A stretch of 64,000 nt of DNA from Octopus vulgaris (Eukaryota). This document shows, piece by piece, positions 28,772-42,867 of the stretch. Under the pieces are notes generated by a model. That model worked only from the letters and a program-made list of their open reading frames with translations, did not search any database and was not told where the DNA came from. The stretch is taken from the NCBI GenBank assembly GCA_951406725.2, contig OX597836.1, forward strand, positions 37,386,001 to 37,450,000, read 5' to 3'. The translations under genes and the position numbers were made by a program. The stretch's first letter is position 1. Every line of letters begins with the position of its first letter.

Positions 28772-29210
28772 GCATATACATATATATATCGTTTTTTGCA
28801 TTTGGTTTGCAAGTTACTTGATGTGAACTCGAATATATGTGTGTATGCTTCTCTTTGTGTATACATACATACATACATACATACATGCATACATACATAC
28901 ATACAAACATACGTACATACATACATACGTACGTACGTACATACATACATACATACATACATACATACATACATACATACACACATACATACATACATAC
29001 ATACATACATACACACATACATACATACATACATACATACATACATACATACATACATACATACATACATACATACATACATACATACACACATACATAC
29101 ATACATGCATACATACATAAACAACATTGATTTATATAGTGACAGGAGAACAATCTGTTAATACACATACATACATACATACATACATACATACATACAT
29201 ACATACATAC
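28590..29210. repeat. (CATA)n microsatellite cluster
   Basis: Direct inspection; explains the MYVC/HTYI pseudo-ORFs. Confidence 0.96.
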
Positions 29211-29674
29211 AGACACACAGACATGTTAACTATCTGGCTGTATTTATATTATTTCATTTAACTGCAATAAATGTGATCACAGAGAATTAGTTAAACGCCA
29301 AATCAAAATTCAAATGCGTGGAAAACATTTTTTTTTCTCTGAAGATATTAATACTGATTGCAAATCGTTTCATCTCTAAAAAGATCTGAGAAATATTATG
29401 TGATTCATCTGAAAATTTGAGAAAATTCATTTTTATCGTTTGTATTAAACGAAATGTATAAAAATCTGTGTACTGATTGTGCAGTTATTTATACATTCGT
29501 ACTTGAATGTCGATGGAGATATACTACATATGATGTGCGCTTTAACTCTGTTCGGCGCTGTTTAATTTTGTTCGTTTCTTTTGTCGTTAATGGATCCGAA
29601 CAGCCTATTAAGAATCATTTGAAAATTGTACGTTTTATTTAGAAATGTATATATAATGAAACAACATTGATTTA

Positions 29675-29884
<210 letters not shown>

Positions 29885-32649
29885 TTATTGGACACCTTGC
29901 GGCATGAAAAACAAAACCCGTCAAAGAGCGGAGGAACTCTTGAGAGTCAACGGCCATCCAATAAATGTGTAATTTTTTTCTCTTAAGGCTTAAAGCTGTA
30001 TCATGCGCGGTTAAACCATTGGGAGTGAAGGACTCCTAGCCTTTGTTAGGGCATTCTTCTTGGAGAAGGTAACTCAGGTAACTGGAATAACTGATAAAAC
30101 CTGCGGCTCAGTAGTTACCGATGATGTTGACTTGTTCTTCTTTTCGGATTATGGCTGCTGTTGCTTAGTGAGTGGGATTGACTCAGTGCACAGCCTTTCG
30201 TCACTTTAAAAAAATCTTCTTGCACAGGCATTGCAGGATAACAACATTGTTCATGATTGTTGATTCAATCTCAACTGAATGGCTGGCTGTAGCCTTAAAA
30301 AAACAAATAAAAGTCACATACATACATACAAGAAGATGATGATGGCTGTCTGCTCGTGACCAAGGAAGACCATCACTGACCATTGCCTATGCAATAAGCC
30401 AGTAATGCCCGAGCACGAGGTTATTGCACTACTAATCGGCTTCATCCGGGTTCACGTCTACGGCTTCCACGCTCATCGCGGCGGCTTCCTCCTAGACCGG
30501 ACATCTAAAGTTTAGCTCGCTGCTGATTCCACAACCTAAAATTTTAGATCCAATAAGGCTTGACCTGTACAAATGTCGTATTCACTGCGATTTGCCGTCG
30601 TTAATATTACTTGCCTTGGGCAGTAGGTGTTAGAAAATGCCAACAGCCATTTGAATACGCGCTCAGTTGAAATCATTTCTAGTTTCTTGGCTATCGTTAG
30701 CAACACGAACGGCAACAAAGAGGCAGCACTGGAATGATTTTCTAAACGTTTGTTTCCTTATTGTAGATCAACATCGAAGCTTGAATTGATCTCGTGTGAC
30801 ACAGGCCCTGGTAATAACAAAACATTGTATTATGCACGCAAAAGTAGTGTTGAGATTAAACAACCCTTTGGACCACAGTGAATATCTATATTATATTTAA
30901 AATGAACTTCAATCTTGCTTGCTTGCAATGTTACACAGCCAAACTGGAGCATAATAGGAAAATACTATGAATTAAGATCTCCCTCAAATGTGAATACATA
31001 CGGAATAAAACAAGCGTCACGTAAATCGGACAAGTGGTTCTTGAGATATTGGGGATTTTGTGGGTACAAATACTCGAAACGGTGCATAATGGGAAAATAC
31101 TTCGAAAATAGCTTAAGCTTCAAAGGGAAGGAACTCTAACCTTTCGATTTGACAGATCATGACTAACTTATCAACGAAAAATTGCGAGTTGTTTATTACA
31201 GTAAATGTTTCTATTCACGGTTTTGTTAAATACAATATATTAATCATTTAGAAGCATTTTTAAGTGAATGAAATTTCAAAAATGCATGTTTGTGCAGTAA
31301 ATATTCATAATTTAGCTTTCATTAAACAGACAATATTATAATCTTTTTTTTAATTATTTTAGAGTAACATTACAAAACCTTTTGCGAAACTTTTGGTATA
31401 TTTAAAAAATATTTTGAAATCAAAATGACTTTTAAATTATGGTAAATATTTCGTAAAAGACCCGTTCGTAACCTCGGTGGGAAATCATTTTTCTATAGGT
31501 CTTTTTCGAGGGCATTCAACGTATCTCAACTCCAAAGATTTGGCTGCTATTTAAGGCACACCCTGCTAGTATGTAACAGCTATTTGCGATAAAAGACCCG
31601 AGATAGCTGTTACGTGGTAGCAGGTCGTGCAAAAAATAACAGCCAAATTTTCCTTTTCTTAGGGAAGGAGCCGTTTGATGTCACATTGCTTGAAACCATT
31701 CGAAATAACGAGCAAAAGGAAAAACTCACGAGACAAAACTCCGTTGGTGGAAAACTTCGAGGTCCCCACAAGTCTTTCCCCTCTCTTTTCCGGAATAAAG
31801 TGGTTTGCGGTGGGTTTGAAAGTGAGATACGTTGAATGTACTCGAAAAAGACCTGTGGAAAAATTATTTCAAACCGAAGTACGAACGGGTCCTTTACAAA
31901 ATATTTACCCAAGATCGAGATAGACATGCGAATAGAGGGATCAATGAAACTGCAAAAGCAAGGGCTGAGTGTCTGTGGGAACAGAGGGAAAGAGACTGAA
32001 GCAGGAGAGATTAGGAATCGAATACTTGGAAAGCTGAGCATCTGGCGAAAAAAGGAAAAGAGACAAAAGTTGACGTCATGAAACGGAAGCTCATATGAAT
32101 ACAAACGGAATAAAACAAGCTTTGCGTGATTCGGACCACGGGTAACCGAGATGCGCGGTTTTTCGGGTGCCTTTATAAATAGCCAAACTGGTGTGTAATG
32201 GGGAAAATGCTTTGAAAGTAAGGTAGCATATGAAATATGAATACACACGGAATAACAGAAATTTCGAGTAAATCGGACCACGGATTCCCGAGATACGCGG
32301 CTTTTTGGGTATCTTGATCTATTGGTGACCCAATGGGTCACATGTAGTCTAGTCATTGTATAAAATTGTTTTAATAAGTAAGAAGTATTAGGATACTTCT
32401 TCAATGGCATTTTGCCGTTAAGACTCACATTTTTCTTGAGGATCATTCGCTTCACGTCTGCGATAGATAGACAAATATAACAAAATAATTTGTGTGTGTC
32501 TGTTCTTGTTTTCCTTATAGTCAGTATGCATTCGATTTTCTCAAATGTTTTCGTTGTCTCTGATGCTATTTTTCTTGCTGACAGCTTTTCGTTTCAGAAA
32601 TCTGTTTTCTTAGAAACCTTGTTATTGCTTTTCTTATGTTTCTTTTGGA

Positions 32650-32865
32650 GGCCCTGGCTGATAATCAGAACGCGTGGAAGTTCATGTGTGACGCTGGAGT
32701 AGAGTGCTTTGAAACTGAACGCACGAGCCTACATGAAGTGCGGAGGAAAGGTAGACATCAAACCCTCTGCTGTTGTTGTTCTTTGTCAATTTCGATACCC
32801 TTAGTGCCATAGAATTTGCTTATCTCATATCGATCTTGTCATCCACATCAGCGCCTATGCGAAAC
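32650..32865 (+). mobile_element. RTE LINE extreme C-terminal fragment (decayed C2H2 finger)
   Basis: Translates ALADNQNAWKFMCDAGVECFETER...FRYP*CHRICLSHIDLVIHISA. Confidence 0.6.
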
Positions 32866-32879
32866 ACTGTGCTGGAGGC

Positions 32880-33146
32880 ATACGAGCACCAATAATTTGT
32901 GCGCCTGCCATACGAGCACCAATAATTTGACCTCTTTGAAAGTCCGATAGATCTGTCATTCTCCTGAATTTTAATTACCTTTTTCTGATGATAACTGAAA
33001 AGAAACAGGAATTATAGCTAAACATACTCAGCAACACTATTAATAAATCAAAAAACATTTTAAAAAAAACATTTTAATGGTTTTATAGATATTTCAAATT
33101 TATGATGCTATGATGCTAGGTTTCCATTATTTTGTCCAGCCCCTGT
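32880..33146. mobile_element. Tc1-like DNA transposon end
   Basis: Reverse complement reads TA-CAGGGGCTGGACAAAATAATGGAAAC, a Tc1-type TIR start. There is an internal duplicated CATACGAGCACCAATAATTTG. Confidence 0.55.
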
Positions 33147-33164
33147 ATATTGAGAGAGAGATAG

Positions 33165-33230
<66 letters not shown>

Positions 33231-33310
33231 GATATATATATATACAGAGGATACATTTACATAAATATATATACATACACACACACACACACACACACAC
33301 ATACACACAC

Positions 33311-33356
<46 letters not shown>

Positions 33357-33444
33357 TTATTCTTTTATTTCTTTCAGTCATTTGACTTCGGCAGCTTTCG
33401 TCCTATATTTATGGACTGCCATGTTAGCTTGGCGATAACTATCA

Positions 33445-33536
<92 letters not shown>

Positions 33537-34067
33537 CTTTCCACGCAGTTTCCATCTACCAAATTTACTTCCAACGCATTTGTCTCCCTGGGGCTACAGC
33601 AGAAGACAAGTAATGAAGATGCCGCACAGTGGGACTGAAAGCAAAACTAGCTCGCTTGAAATGAATAACGTTAACCTCACGTCATACCACCAAATATTTT
33701 TTTCTATTTATTCAAGACTTTTGTTGTTTGCATTCTTAGTTTTCTAGCTTGCAGTGTTTCGATGCTACCGTGATGACAAGATTTCTTAGTCTTTTATTAT
33801 CAAATTAACACTTGACTGTCAGCCATGATGATGAGAAATCTATGTGAAATATAATACTAAGAGCAAATGTCACAGTGGAATATAGTTGATTTCGGTAAAG
33901 CCTTGACAATATTTTATGACCATATGTGTGATATGTATGGGCGGTTTTATGGAATTGGTGAAAAAGAAAACTGTATGAATCATATGAACATTTATATAAT
34001 ACAGTACATATGCGAAAGCTATAAATAAGCTTATATAAACATTTTCGTATATTAATAAAAACAGAGC

Positions 34068-34113
<46 letters not shown>

Positions 34114-34145
34114 GATGGATGGATGGATGGATGGATGGATGGATG

Positions 34146-34204
<59 letters not shown>

Positions 34205-34272
34205 GGATGGATGGATGGATGGATGGATGGATGGATGGATGGATGGATGGATGGATGGATGGATGGATAGAT

Positions 34273-35588
34273 ATGTTTCTTTATTAGCCACACAGGGCTG
34301 CACACAGATAGAACAAATTACAAGGTAGAGCTTTTCTTTTGAAGGTTTAAGAAAGAAAAAAAAAAAAAAAAAAAAAAAAAGGAAGGGGGAGTTTCGATCA
34401 AAAGGGATCGTAAAAGGAGAGAAAGAGGACAAAAAAAGGGGGGTTAAAAAAAGGGGGGAGGAAAAAAAATTGATCAATAGGGATCGTTATCACAGAAATG
34501 TCAATATGAAGTGTAAAGGGGAGGACAGGTGAGGTTTACCCGTGCAAAGAAAAGCCTACGGAAAAGACCACGGTAACCTCGGTCAATGATGTCACATTTT
34601 ATATTTCTTTTTTTTTTTTTTTTTTTGCAAATAAGCAACTCTCTGTTTTCGATTTCTGGGTTCATAGAACTATGCTCAAGGTGGCTTCGTCATTCATACG
34701 TGCCATTCTTGCTACATTCACCCATCTTTTTAAAACATTCGCTAGACAAAACCTGCCTCTCTACTCTCACTTTCCTTTTCAAGTGGTACTTGAAGAAGTT
34801 GATGAGAGATTGACCAGAGAGGAAAGTGTTTGTCTCCAATCCTTTCAGACGCGTCCACCAGATACATTCTTTCGCCATAGCCACAAGGATGATGAAAATA
34901 GCTCTTCCTTCCCGTTTGAAGGAAGGAGGGGTGACAATATTGACGATAGACTCAGCTGATAAACCGACTCGTCCCACACGTGACAGCAGTTGTTCGACAT
35001 AAGCCCACAGGTCGGAAATTGTTGGACACTGAACGAGTGCGTGCAGAACGGTTTCGTCGCTCTGACCGCATCTCGGGCAGGTCGGCCCCGTGTTTCTCGA
35101 GCCGTGTCTGTAGAGCTTATCCCGAACGGGTAGCGCTTCTCGGTAGCACTGCCAGGCCAGGGATCTCTGGAAGTTGTCCATGGGCCCTGGCCCGAAAGTC
35201 GTCCTGAACAGGCGGGTCAGGTACTCCTCGTCGACGTCCAGGTTCGCCCCGAGCTCGTCGTCGTACCTCCCCTCCACTAAACCCCTATAGAATGCTTTGG
35301 TTGTGTTGAAGTCACTTAAGGTCGACCCAGGACGGCAGAGTTGCTTGAGAGCAACGCGACACTCGCGGTGCCATTCGCCCTTCCTCGGCCTCTTTTTGAT
35401 CCACGACTGCAGTTCGGTCATGGAGACGAGCTGCGGGAAAGCGTGCCTCACAAACGGCGACCACACCTGTTCACCGTCGTCTACATAGAGCCAGAGATGT
35501 CGCAGTCTCAGCGCGTGTCTGCGCATCATCAACCACGGCATGCCCAGCCCTCCTTTTAACGGGTGTTGACAGCAAATGGATCGCCTGA
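34273..35588 (-). mobile_element. 5'-truncated Tx1/L1-superfamily LINE (ORF2 C-terminus with zf-RVT) embedded in (GATA/GATG)n
   Basis: ORF 34690-35754 minus strand: QHPLKGGLGMP..ALRLRHLW..LAWQCYREALPVRDKL..CPRCGQSDETVLHALVQCP..W..KECIWWTR. The 3' UTR ends AATAAAGAAACATA and runs straight into (TCTA/TCCA)n. Confidence 0.88.
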
Positions 35589-35646
35589 TGGATAGATAGA
35601 TAGATAGATAGATAGATAGACAGATAAACGAATGGATGGATGGATG

Positions 35647-35693
<47 letters not shown>

Positions 35694-35721
35694 GGATAGA
35701 TAGATAGATAGATAGATAGAT

Positions 35722-36016
35722 ATGTTTCTTTATTAGCCACACAGGGCTGCACACAGATAGAACAAATTACAAGGTAGAGCTTTTCTTTTGAAGGTTTAAG
35801 AAAAAAAAAAAAAAAAAAAAAAGGAAGGGGGAGTTTCGATCAAAAGGGATCGTAAAAGGAGAGAAAGAGGACAAAAAAAAGGGGGGTTTAAAAAAAGGGG
35901 GGGAGGAAAAAAATTGATCAATAGGGATCGTTATCACAGAAATGTCAATATGAAGTGTAAAGGGGAGGACAGGTGAGGTTTACCCGTGCAAAGAAAAGCC
36001 TACGGAAAAGACCACG
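35722..36016 (-). mobile_element. Second, shorter 5'-truncated copy (3' UTR only) of the same LINE
   Basis: Near-identical to 34273-34572 apart from homopolymer tracts; (GATA)n on both sides. Confidence 0.88.
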
Positions 36017-36063
<47 letters not shown>

Positions 36064-36068
36064 CAGAC

Positions 36069-36152
<84 letters not shown>

Positions 36153-36203
36153 GGATGGATGGATGGATGGATGGATGGATGGATGGATGAACAAATGGAT
36201 AGT

Positions 36204-36264
<61 letters not shown>

Positions 36265-37030
36265 GGATAAACACACAGACAGACAAACAGACAGACAGAT
36301 AGATATTGATATAAATAGATAATATTGACGTCATGAAAATTATACACACACATATACATGCACACACATGCACACACATTGACATGCACACGCACACACA
36401 TTGACATGCACACGCACACACATTGACATGCACACGCACACATATATATAGGTAAATCCAGAAGTACGTATATACATACGCACATGTGCATACACACGCA
36501 AACAGAAATACTCAAACTCGCGGATTACACACACGTACACATACACACACATAAATGCATACACGAATATACGCATTCGCAAATATGCAAACCGAGACCT
36601 ATACACAATAAAATTCCACAGCGAATCTTGAATAAATATTGTGCTGGCATGACGATTCTCTGAATATTTGCTTAGAATATATATCAAGTGACAGGTTTTA
36701 ATAGATCAACACGGACACATCTACATACATACATATATACATACATAAATACATACATACATACATATATACATACATAAACACATACATACACACATAC
36801 ACATGTACATATATGTACATGTGTATGTGTGTATGTATGTGTGTATGTGTATGTATGTGTGTATGTATGTATACAGCCTTCTTGTTTTCTATCCAGTAAT
36901 ATGTCAGTCAAGTAGATCGGGATATCCCATAGAGGCGCCCTCTATAACTGAAATGCAAGTAGTAATACACACACACACACACACACACACATCATACATA
37001 CACATATACATATATACATGTGTGTGTGTG

Positions 37031-37100
<70 letters not shown>

Positions 37101-37135
37101 TATATACACATATATACATATATATATACATATAT

Positions 37136-37200
<65 letters not shown>

Positions 37201-37204
<4 letters not shown>

Positions 37205-38600
37205 ATCCAAACAAGAAAGCACAAAAAAAAACACAACAACGCGAGGACGTGGAACAAATATAGAAGGAAATAAGGAGGGTTTAACGTTTCGAGCGGAGCT
37301 CTTCGTCGGAAACATAGGTGAAGGAAAGATCCAGAGAAGGGAAGACAGAGGGAAAAAAATCGCCAACGGTACAAACGATGTCACATTTTGAAAGACCGGA
37401 AGGAAAAGGGTGAAGAAAGATGTTTTCAAAGACAGGAGAGTAGTATTGTCAAAGACAGCAGAATGTAGAGGGGGAATGTGTGTGTAAGTGTGGATATGTG
37501 CGTGCGCGGAGGTCTGCGTGTGCGTGTGTGTGTATGTGTGTGCAATGATGACACGTGTGTGTGTGTGTGTGCGCGTGTGTGTGTGTATGTGGTTGTGGTT
37601 GTGGCTGTAAACAAAGGGCTAGTAGTAGGGCAAGTAGTAGGGCTAGTTTGTAGGGCTAGTAGAATAAGGAGTGGTGTCTTTTTGTCCCTACCACAGGTCA
37701 ATACTTTTACTTTGAAGGATGTGTGTGTGTGCGTGTATGTATATGTATCGTGTGTGTGTGTTTTGTTTGTAGTGTGTGTATGTATGTGTGTGTTCGTGTG
37801 TATATGCGTAGAGTTTGGTTGTGTGGCGAATAACTATGCTTTACTTAGTGTATGTGTGCGCGTGTGCTTGTACGTGCGTATGTGTGTATACATGTATGTA
37901 TAATTGTGTGCCGTGTGTATGGGATGTATGTGTGGGTTCATTTGTGTGTGTCTGTGTGTGTATGTATGTGCGTGCGTGTCGTATGTGCGTGTAGTTGTGT
38001 GTGCGTGTACGTGTGCGTTTGTATGTGTGTGTGTAAGCGTATATGGATGTATATGCGTGTATCCGTGGGGTTGTGAGTTTTGGGTGTATGCATTGGTGTG
38101 CGTGTGTGCGTGCGTATGTGTGTGCATGTTTATGTGTGCGTATGTGTCTGTGTGTGTCTGTGCCTATATGTGTATACGTATGTGTATGTGTGTGTGCGCG
38201 TGTAGGCATATATTGTGTGTATGTATATGTATCGGTGTGTATGTGAATTTGTGTATGCGTGTGGGGAGGGGTTGGAGTTGTGTGGGTGTATTTTTGTGTG
38301 TGTGCGCGTGTGTATATGTGTGGAAGTATGTGTGCGTATATGTGCATGTATGTTGTATGTGTGTGGTGTGTTGGAAGTATGTGTGTGTTCGTGGATACGT
38401 GAGTATGTGTGTGTAATAGTTTCTGTATAAGGATAATAATTTATAAAAACAATAAAATAATAAAAAAAGCAATAAATAATATAAAAGACGTAATAGCACG
38501 TAAGGAAAGGAAGGAAAAAAAAGGAAGGAAGAAATAAGAAATAAAAAATGTTGCTTGTTGCGGGAGGTGGAGCGCAGTCACTAAGAGGAGGGGACTGTGT
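37201..38600 (-). mobile_element. Putative PLE 3' region: pLTR-like end at (TA)n plus long degenerate CA-rich tract
   Basis: Same order as 42130-42720 (CA-rich tract, then hammerhead, then (TA)n). Outer boundary uncertain. Confidence 0.5.
37279..37313 (-). ncRNA. Minimal type I hammerhead ribozyme (PLE-type)
   Basis: Minus strand: GTTT-CCGACGA-A-GAGC tcc GCTC-GAAA-CG-TT-AAAC. Palindromic AACGTT stem III and extra A after A9, as in PLE minimal hammerheads. Confidence 0.65.
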
Positions 38601-39093
38601 TGAGTCTGTGTTGGGTATTAGTCTGTAAAGTGAAAATAAAGTGTTTCAACGTGCCGTTCTGATCAATTGCAAAGAAAATATCCTTATTTAAGTCGCTTTA
38701 CTAGTTATCACCCCTTTAATTTTCATTTACGTTTTTAATTTTAACCCTAACTGAACAATTACCAAAGTAGATAGATATATGTATGATTGATTGATTCTAG
38801 TTTCAGCTCATGAGCTGTGGCCATGCTGGGGCACCGCCATTTATATACGTTTTTATTATTATTTTGCAATTTACTTAATCATCGGTATATTATTGTTATT
38901 TTAATTTTAATATTTCTTTTATATGTAATTTTCTAGATGGTGTAATTTAATTGTTCATTTTCAATTGATAAAAGGTTGTTTTTTTCTAATTTTTACATAT
39001 ATATATATATATTATATTTTATGAAATTTGATTTAGTATTTCTAAATTGGATTTTTCCCTGTAAATCAGAATAATGTTCCCTCAAATAATTAT

Positions 39094-39126
<33 letters not shown>

Positions 39127-39279
39127 GGTGAAAAAAGTCAAGATAGAAAATGCTAAAATAATTTTATAAAAAACATTTCAGTACCGGTTTCAGTCATTGA
39201 GATATTTTTTATAAAATTATTTTAGCATTTTCTATCTTGACTTTTTTCCATATATATCAACTCGTGTGTTCCTTTTCAT

Positions 39280-39361
<82 letters not shown>

Positions 39362-39624
39362 CTTCTACGTATCCACATTTATTTGCATTCATACTGCCAT
39401 ATGCATGCAGTTGAACACCCATATTCGTGTCCTTGTGCGCGCGGGCACGTGTGTTTGCGTGTATGTCGTTTGGCTGGCATATTGAACATGCGCATATGCA
39501 TTATGCATAGATGCTTCCTAAAAGCTATAATCTCTAACAAATCATACATAAGTACATACATCCATATACATGTATATACATGTGTGTCTGTGTATCTGTG
39601 TGTCTATGTGACTGTGTCTTTGTG

Positions 39625-39717
<93 letters not shown>

Positions 39718-41164
39718 GTATATATAAATATATATTTATATATGCCCGCATTTCCTAATTCTTTTTTGTTTATTTAATAAGTTTTATCCCATACATGCAA
39801 AAGACAGGTTTCAGCACAGTTTTACCTCTGACACGGTATTATTCAATCAGAGTCTCTTGAAGAAACATGCCATCATTTACAGCTACGCGAACCGATCTGC
39901 CAAGTGGTTCATTAATTCCTTTGAACACAGACACAATGCAATTCTAAAAATAGGTTAAATACAACTTTGTATTACAGAAAGCTATAAACATGATCAATGC
40001 ACGATCAGTTTCTGTCCCTTTCTGTCGCTCTCTCTGTCTCTCTCTCTCTTTCTCTCTCGCTCGCTATGAGTCTCCCTCTCTAGATTTCTTTCTCACTATT
40101 ATTCAAACATGCAGAGACACAAGTACGTACCCTGACGCAGCTTTATATATTTACAAAGTATTGATACAAACGGTAGACAAACGGCGGTTATTCGAGCATT
40201 TTAGTAGACCCAACGGTCGAGCAATATGAAAACAATTGCCACCTATGCAGATATAAAATAAATTACAGCTGGGAAATACCTTGCAGCATATTCATAAAAT
40301 GAACATTAACCAAAACATCATATTTTCTACAAAAAACCCTCCCCCCAAAAAAAAATACAAGCGCAAACTCGTAAGCATGGCAACATCTCCAAACACTCAA
40401 TATGATCTTTATTTGGTTTCGTTTTGGACTGCAGCCATGCTTGGGCATGTTTTGAAGTGTTTTAGTTAAGCAAATGAACTTCAGTATTTATGCTTATTTT
40501 TTCTTTGTTATTTTTTCTTGCCTTTTATTATTTTTTTTTTTCTGTCTTCGACTTATTCTATCGATATTTTATACTGAACTGCTAAATTACAGAATTACAT
40601 TGACGTAAACACATCAACACTGTTTGTCATGTGGTGAAGGGGAAAACAGAAACCGTAGTTGGGAGTAGTAGTCTAAGTGTTTGAGGGCAGGTATCCTCCA
40701 GAGGACCATCATAGTTTCCTCTTCTTTACTTCTGAAAGATCTAAGGATCTATCCGTTAAGCCTGCATATTTTTGTCCCCTTAGTAATATGTATCTAGAAA
40801 GATACATCATTATTCATGTAAATGCCCTGATTGTGCATCTACGTTGATTCAGAGATTAATATCCATCCTGGGCCAATGTATCCTGTCTGCATTTCATTCA
40901 GCTACGTGTGCTAGTAGCGCAGGTCTTGGGAATTTTCAGCACTAAACTGCCTGTTATTGTTCCGAGCCCATTTGTATATTGCGTCAAACCCTGCTGCATG
41001 TGGGCATTAACTGTAAGGTTTTCCTATAATAGGAATAATGATTTCAATTCTAATAGTGCCAGCACCCCCGTACATAAAATAAATTCTTTACGGACTAGGG
41101 GAGGTAAGCGCCATGCAACCCCAAATTTCCAACACAGAAATTTTCCCCTTACTATCACAAATAA

Positions 41165-42127
41165 CACTAAGAACAATACAAAGTCTACAAAAACTGTATC
41201 TGGTTTCTAATACCTTTCGGAAAACAAATTAAATCGAACCTTCCCTTACAGTTCCGTGAAGCCGTTGCTAGGAACTTTCCCAGTAATTCTAGATATCATT
41301 CTATTATCAATTCACACAAGGTAAGAATCGCTGTCTCTAACACTAGGAATCTTTCACAAATTATATCTTCCCATAATACCAAGCTGCTAAACAAAGATTC
41401 TTCACCCGGGAGTTCCAACACTAATCTTACCAATTCCAACCCATCATACAATTATAATAATAGAAATAGTATTAATAGTACCTGCATTGGTAGCAGCGAT
41501 AGTGTTAAAAATGATAATATTAATAATAGTATTAGTCGTGTTAATAACATTGGTAGTGTTGATGGTAACAACAACAACGGTATTAATGTCGGTGATATTG
41601 CTGGTTGTAGTACAATTAATAATGCTAATAATAATAGAAATAGTGTAGTTGTTAGCGCAAGTAATAATAAAAACAACAATCATAACAATAAAAACTTCAT
41701 CTCAATCTCGGAGGACAACCCTAACAGAATAAAATTTTTGTCTAGTAATTCCAAAATTAAGAATTCCATTTACCAGTGTAGAATTTCTTCCGGTACCGAT
41801 GTTTTCTTCTATATAGGAGCGTCCACTTCTCAGTTATCCAAGAGAATTTTTAACCACTATTCGACATTCAGAGATAGGAAAAAACGACATAGTACAGGGC
41901 TAAGTAAATTAGTTTGGCGTCTTAAAGACAACAATAAAACTTTCAAGTTGGATTGGTTCATATTGTCTGTATCCTTTCCTTTTGATAAGGGCAGGAGATT
42001 TTGTAACATTTGTAACTCTGAGCTCTTCCATATTCTTTTCGCTAAGGTTCTCCTAGTAAACACACTCATAGAAAAATCGTACAAATGTAAACATTGGCAG
42101 AAACACACTTTCCACTCATATAAATGA
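41165..42127 (+). pseudogene. PLE ORF C-terminal portion with GIY-YIG endonuclease (open frame, frameshift upstream)
   Basis: Stop-free frame 41165-42127. Motifs SIYQC..FYIGAST..KRIFNHYSTF..TGLSKLVWRLK..W.IL..CNICNSE..CKH. No RT motifs seen upstream. Confidence 0.8.
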
Positions 42128-42580
42128 TAACGATAGTCACTGTGGTTTTAACAATTAGCTTCACGTCCACACCACAGCTATAGAGAAATTCTTTCCTAAC
42201 CCTCCGAACATTCTTTCAATCAACGTACACTTCCCCTTCCCTACCTATTACTCCTTTATATATTCCCTTACTACTACCTATCTTTGACGTCTGTCTCTCT
42301 CTCTCACACACACATTCACACACACAGACACAAATGCAATTATATGTACACACACATACGCACACACACAAACACACGCACTCATTAACACAAGCACACA
42401 CCCACACATTTCCATACATACAGAAAACATACTGTCCCTTACCTATTTTTACTTCCTCCTACTATCCATTTTTGACGTCAATGCTTATAACGATTTTTTT
42501 TTAAAAAAACACTCATTATCGCTTTAGTTACCATGTAGGCAATCATCGAAATTTTTGTTTGTCTTGTTGTTGAGAGAGGG

Positions 42581-42676
42581 TCCTTTTCTTTCCTGATGAG
42601 AAGATTGCATAATGCACCCTTTATTCCTTCGGAATGAAAATATGCTGTCTTCGAAACATGTGTCGAGAGTAAAGGA
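42581..42676 (+). ncRNA. Type I hammerhead ribozyme in PLE pLTR
   Basis: Stem I TCCTTTTCTTTC/GAGAGTAAAGGA; core CTGATGA 42593-42599; stem II GAAGA..GCAT/ATGC..TCTTC; GAAA 42653-42656; stem III C-ATGT-G; predicted GUC cleavage after 42664. Confidence 0.85.
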
Positions 42677-42716
42677 ATTTTGTTAACATCTTCGTTCGAC
42701 TCCATTCTTTCATTTA

Positions 42717-42841
<125 letters not shown>

Positions 42842-42867
42842 GTATAGATATATATCATGCATTATAT

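Noticed and set aside
31610-32455. 281-aa minus-strand ORF
   Set aside because: No recognisable domain; it overlaps a modular non-coding repeat and is likely a chance ORF.
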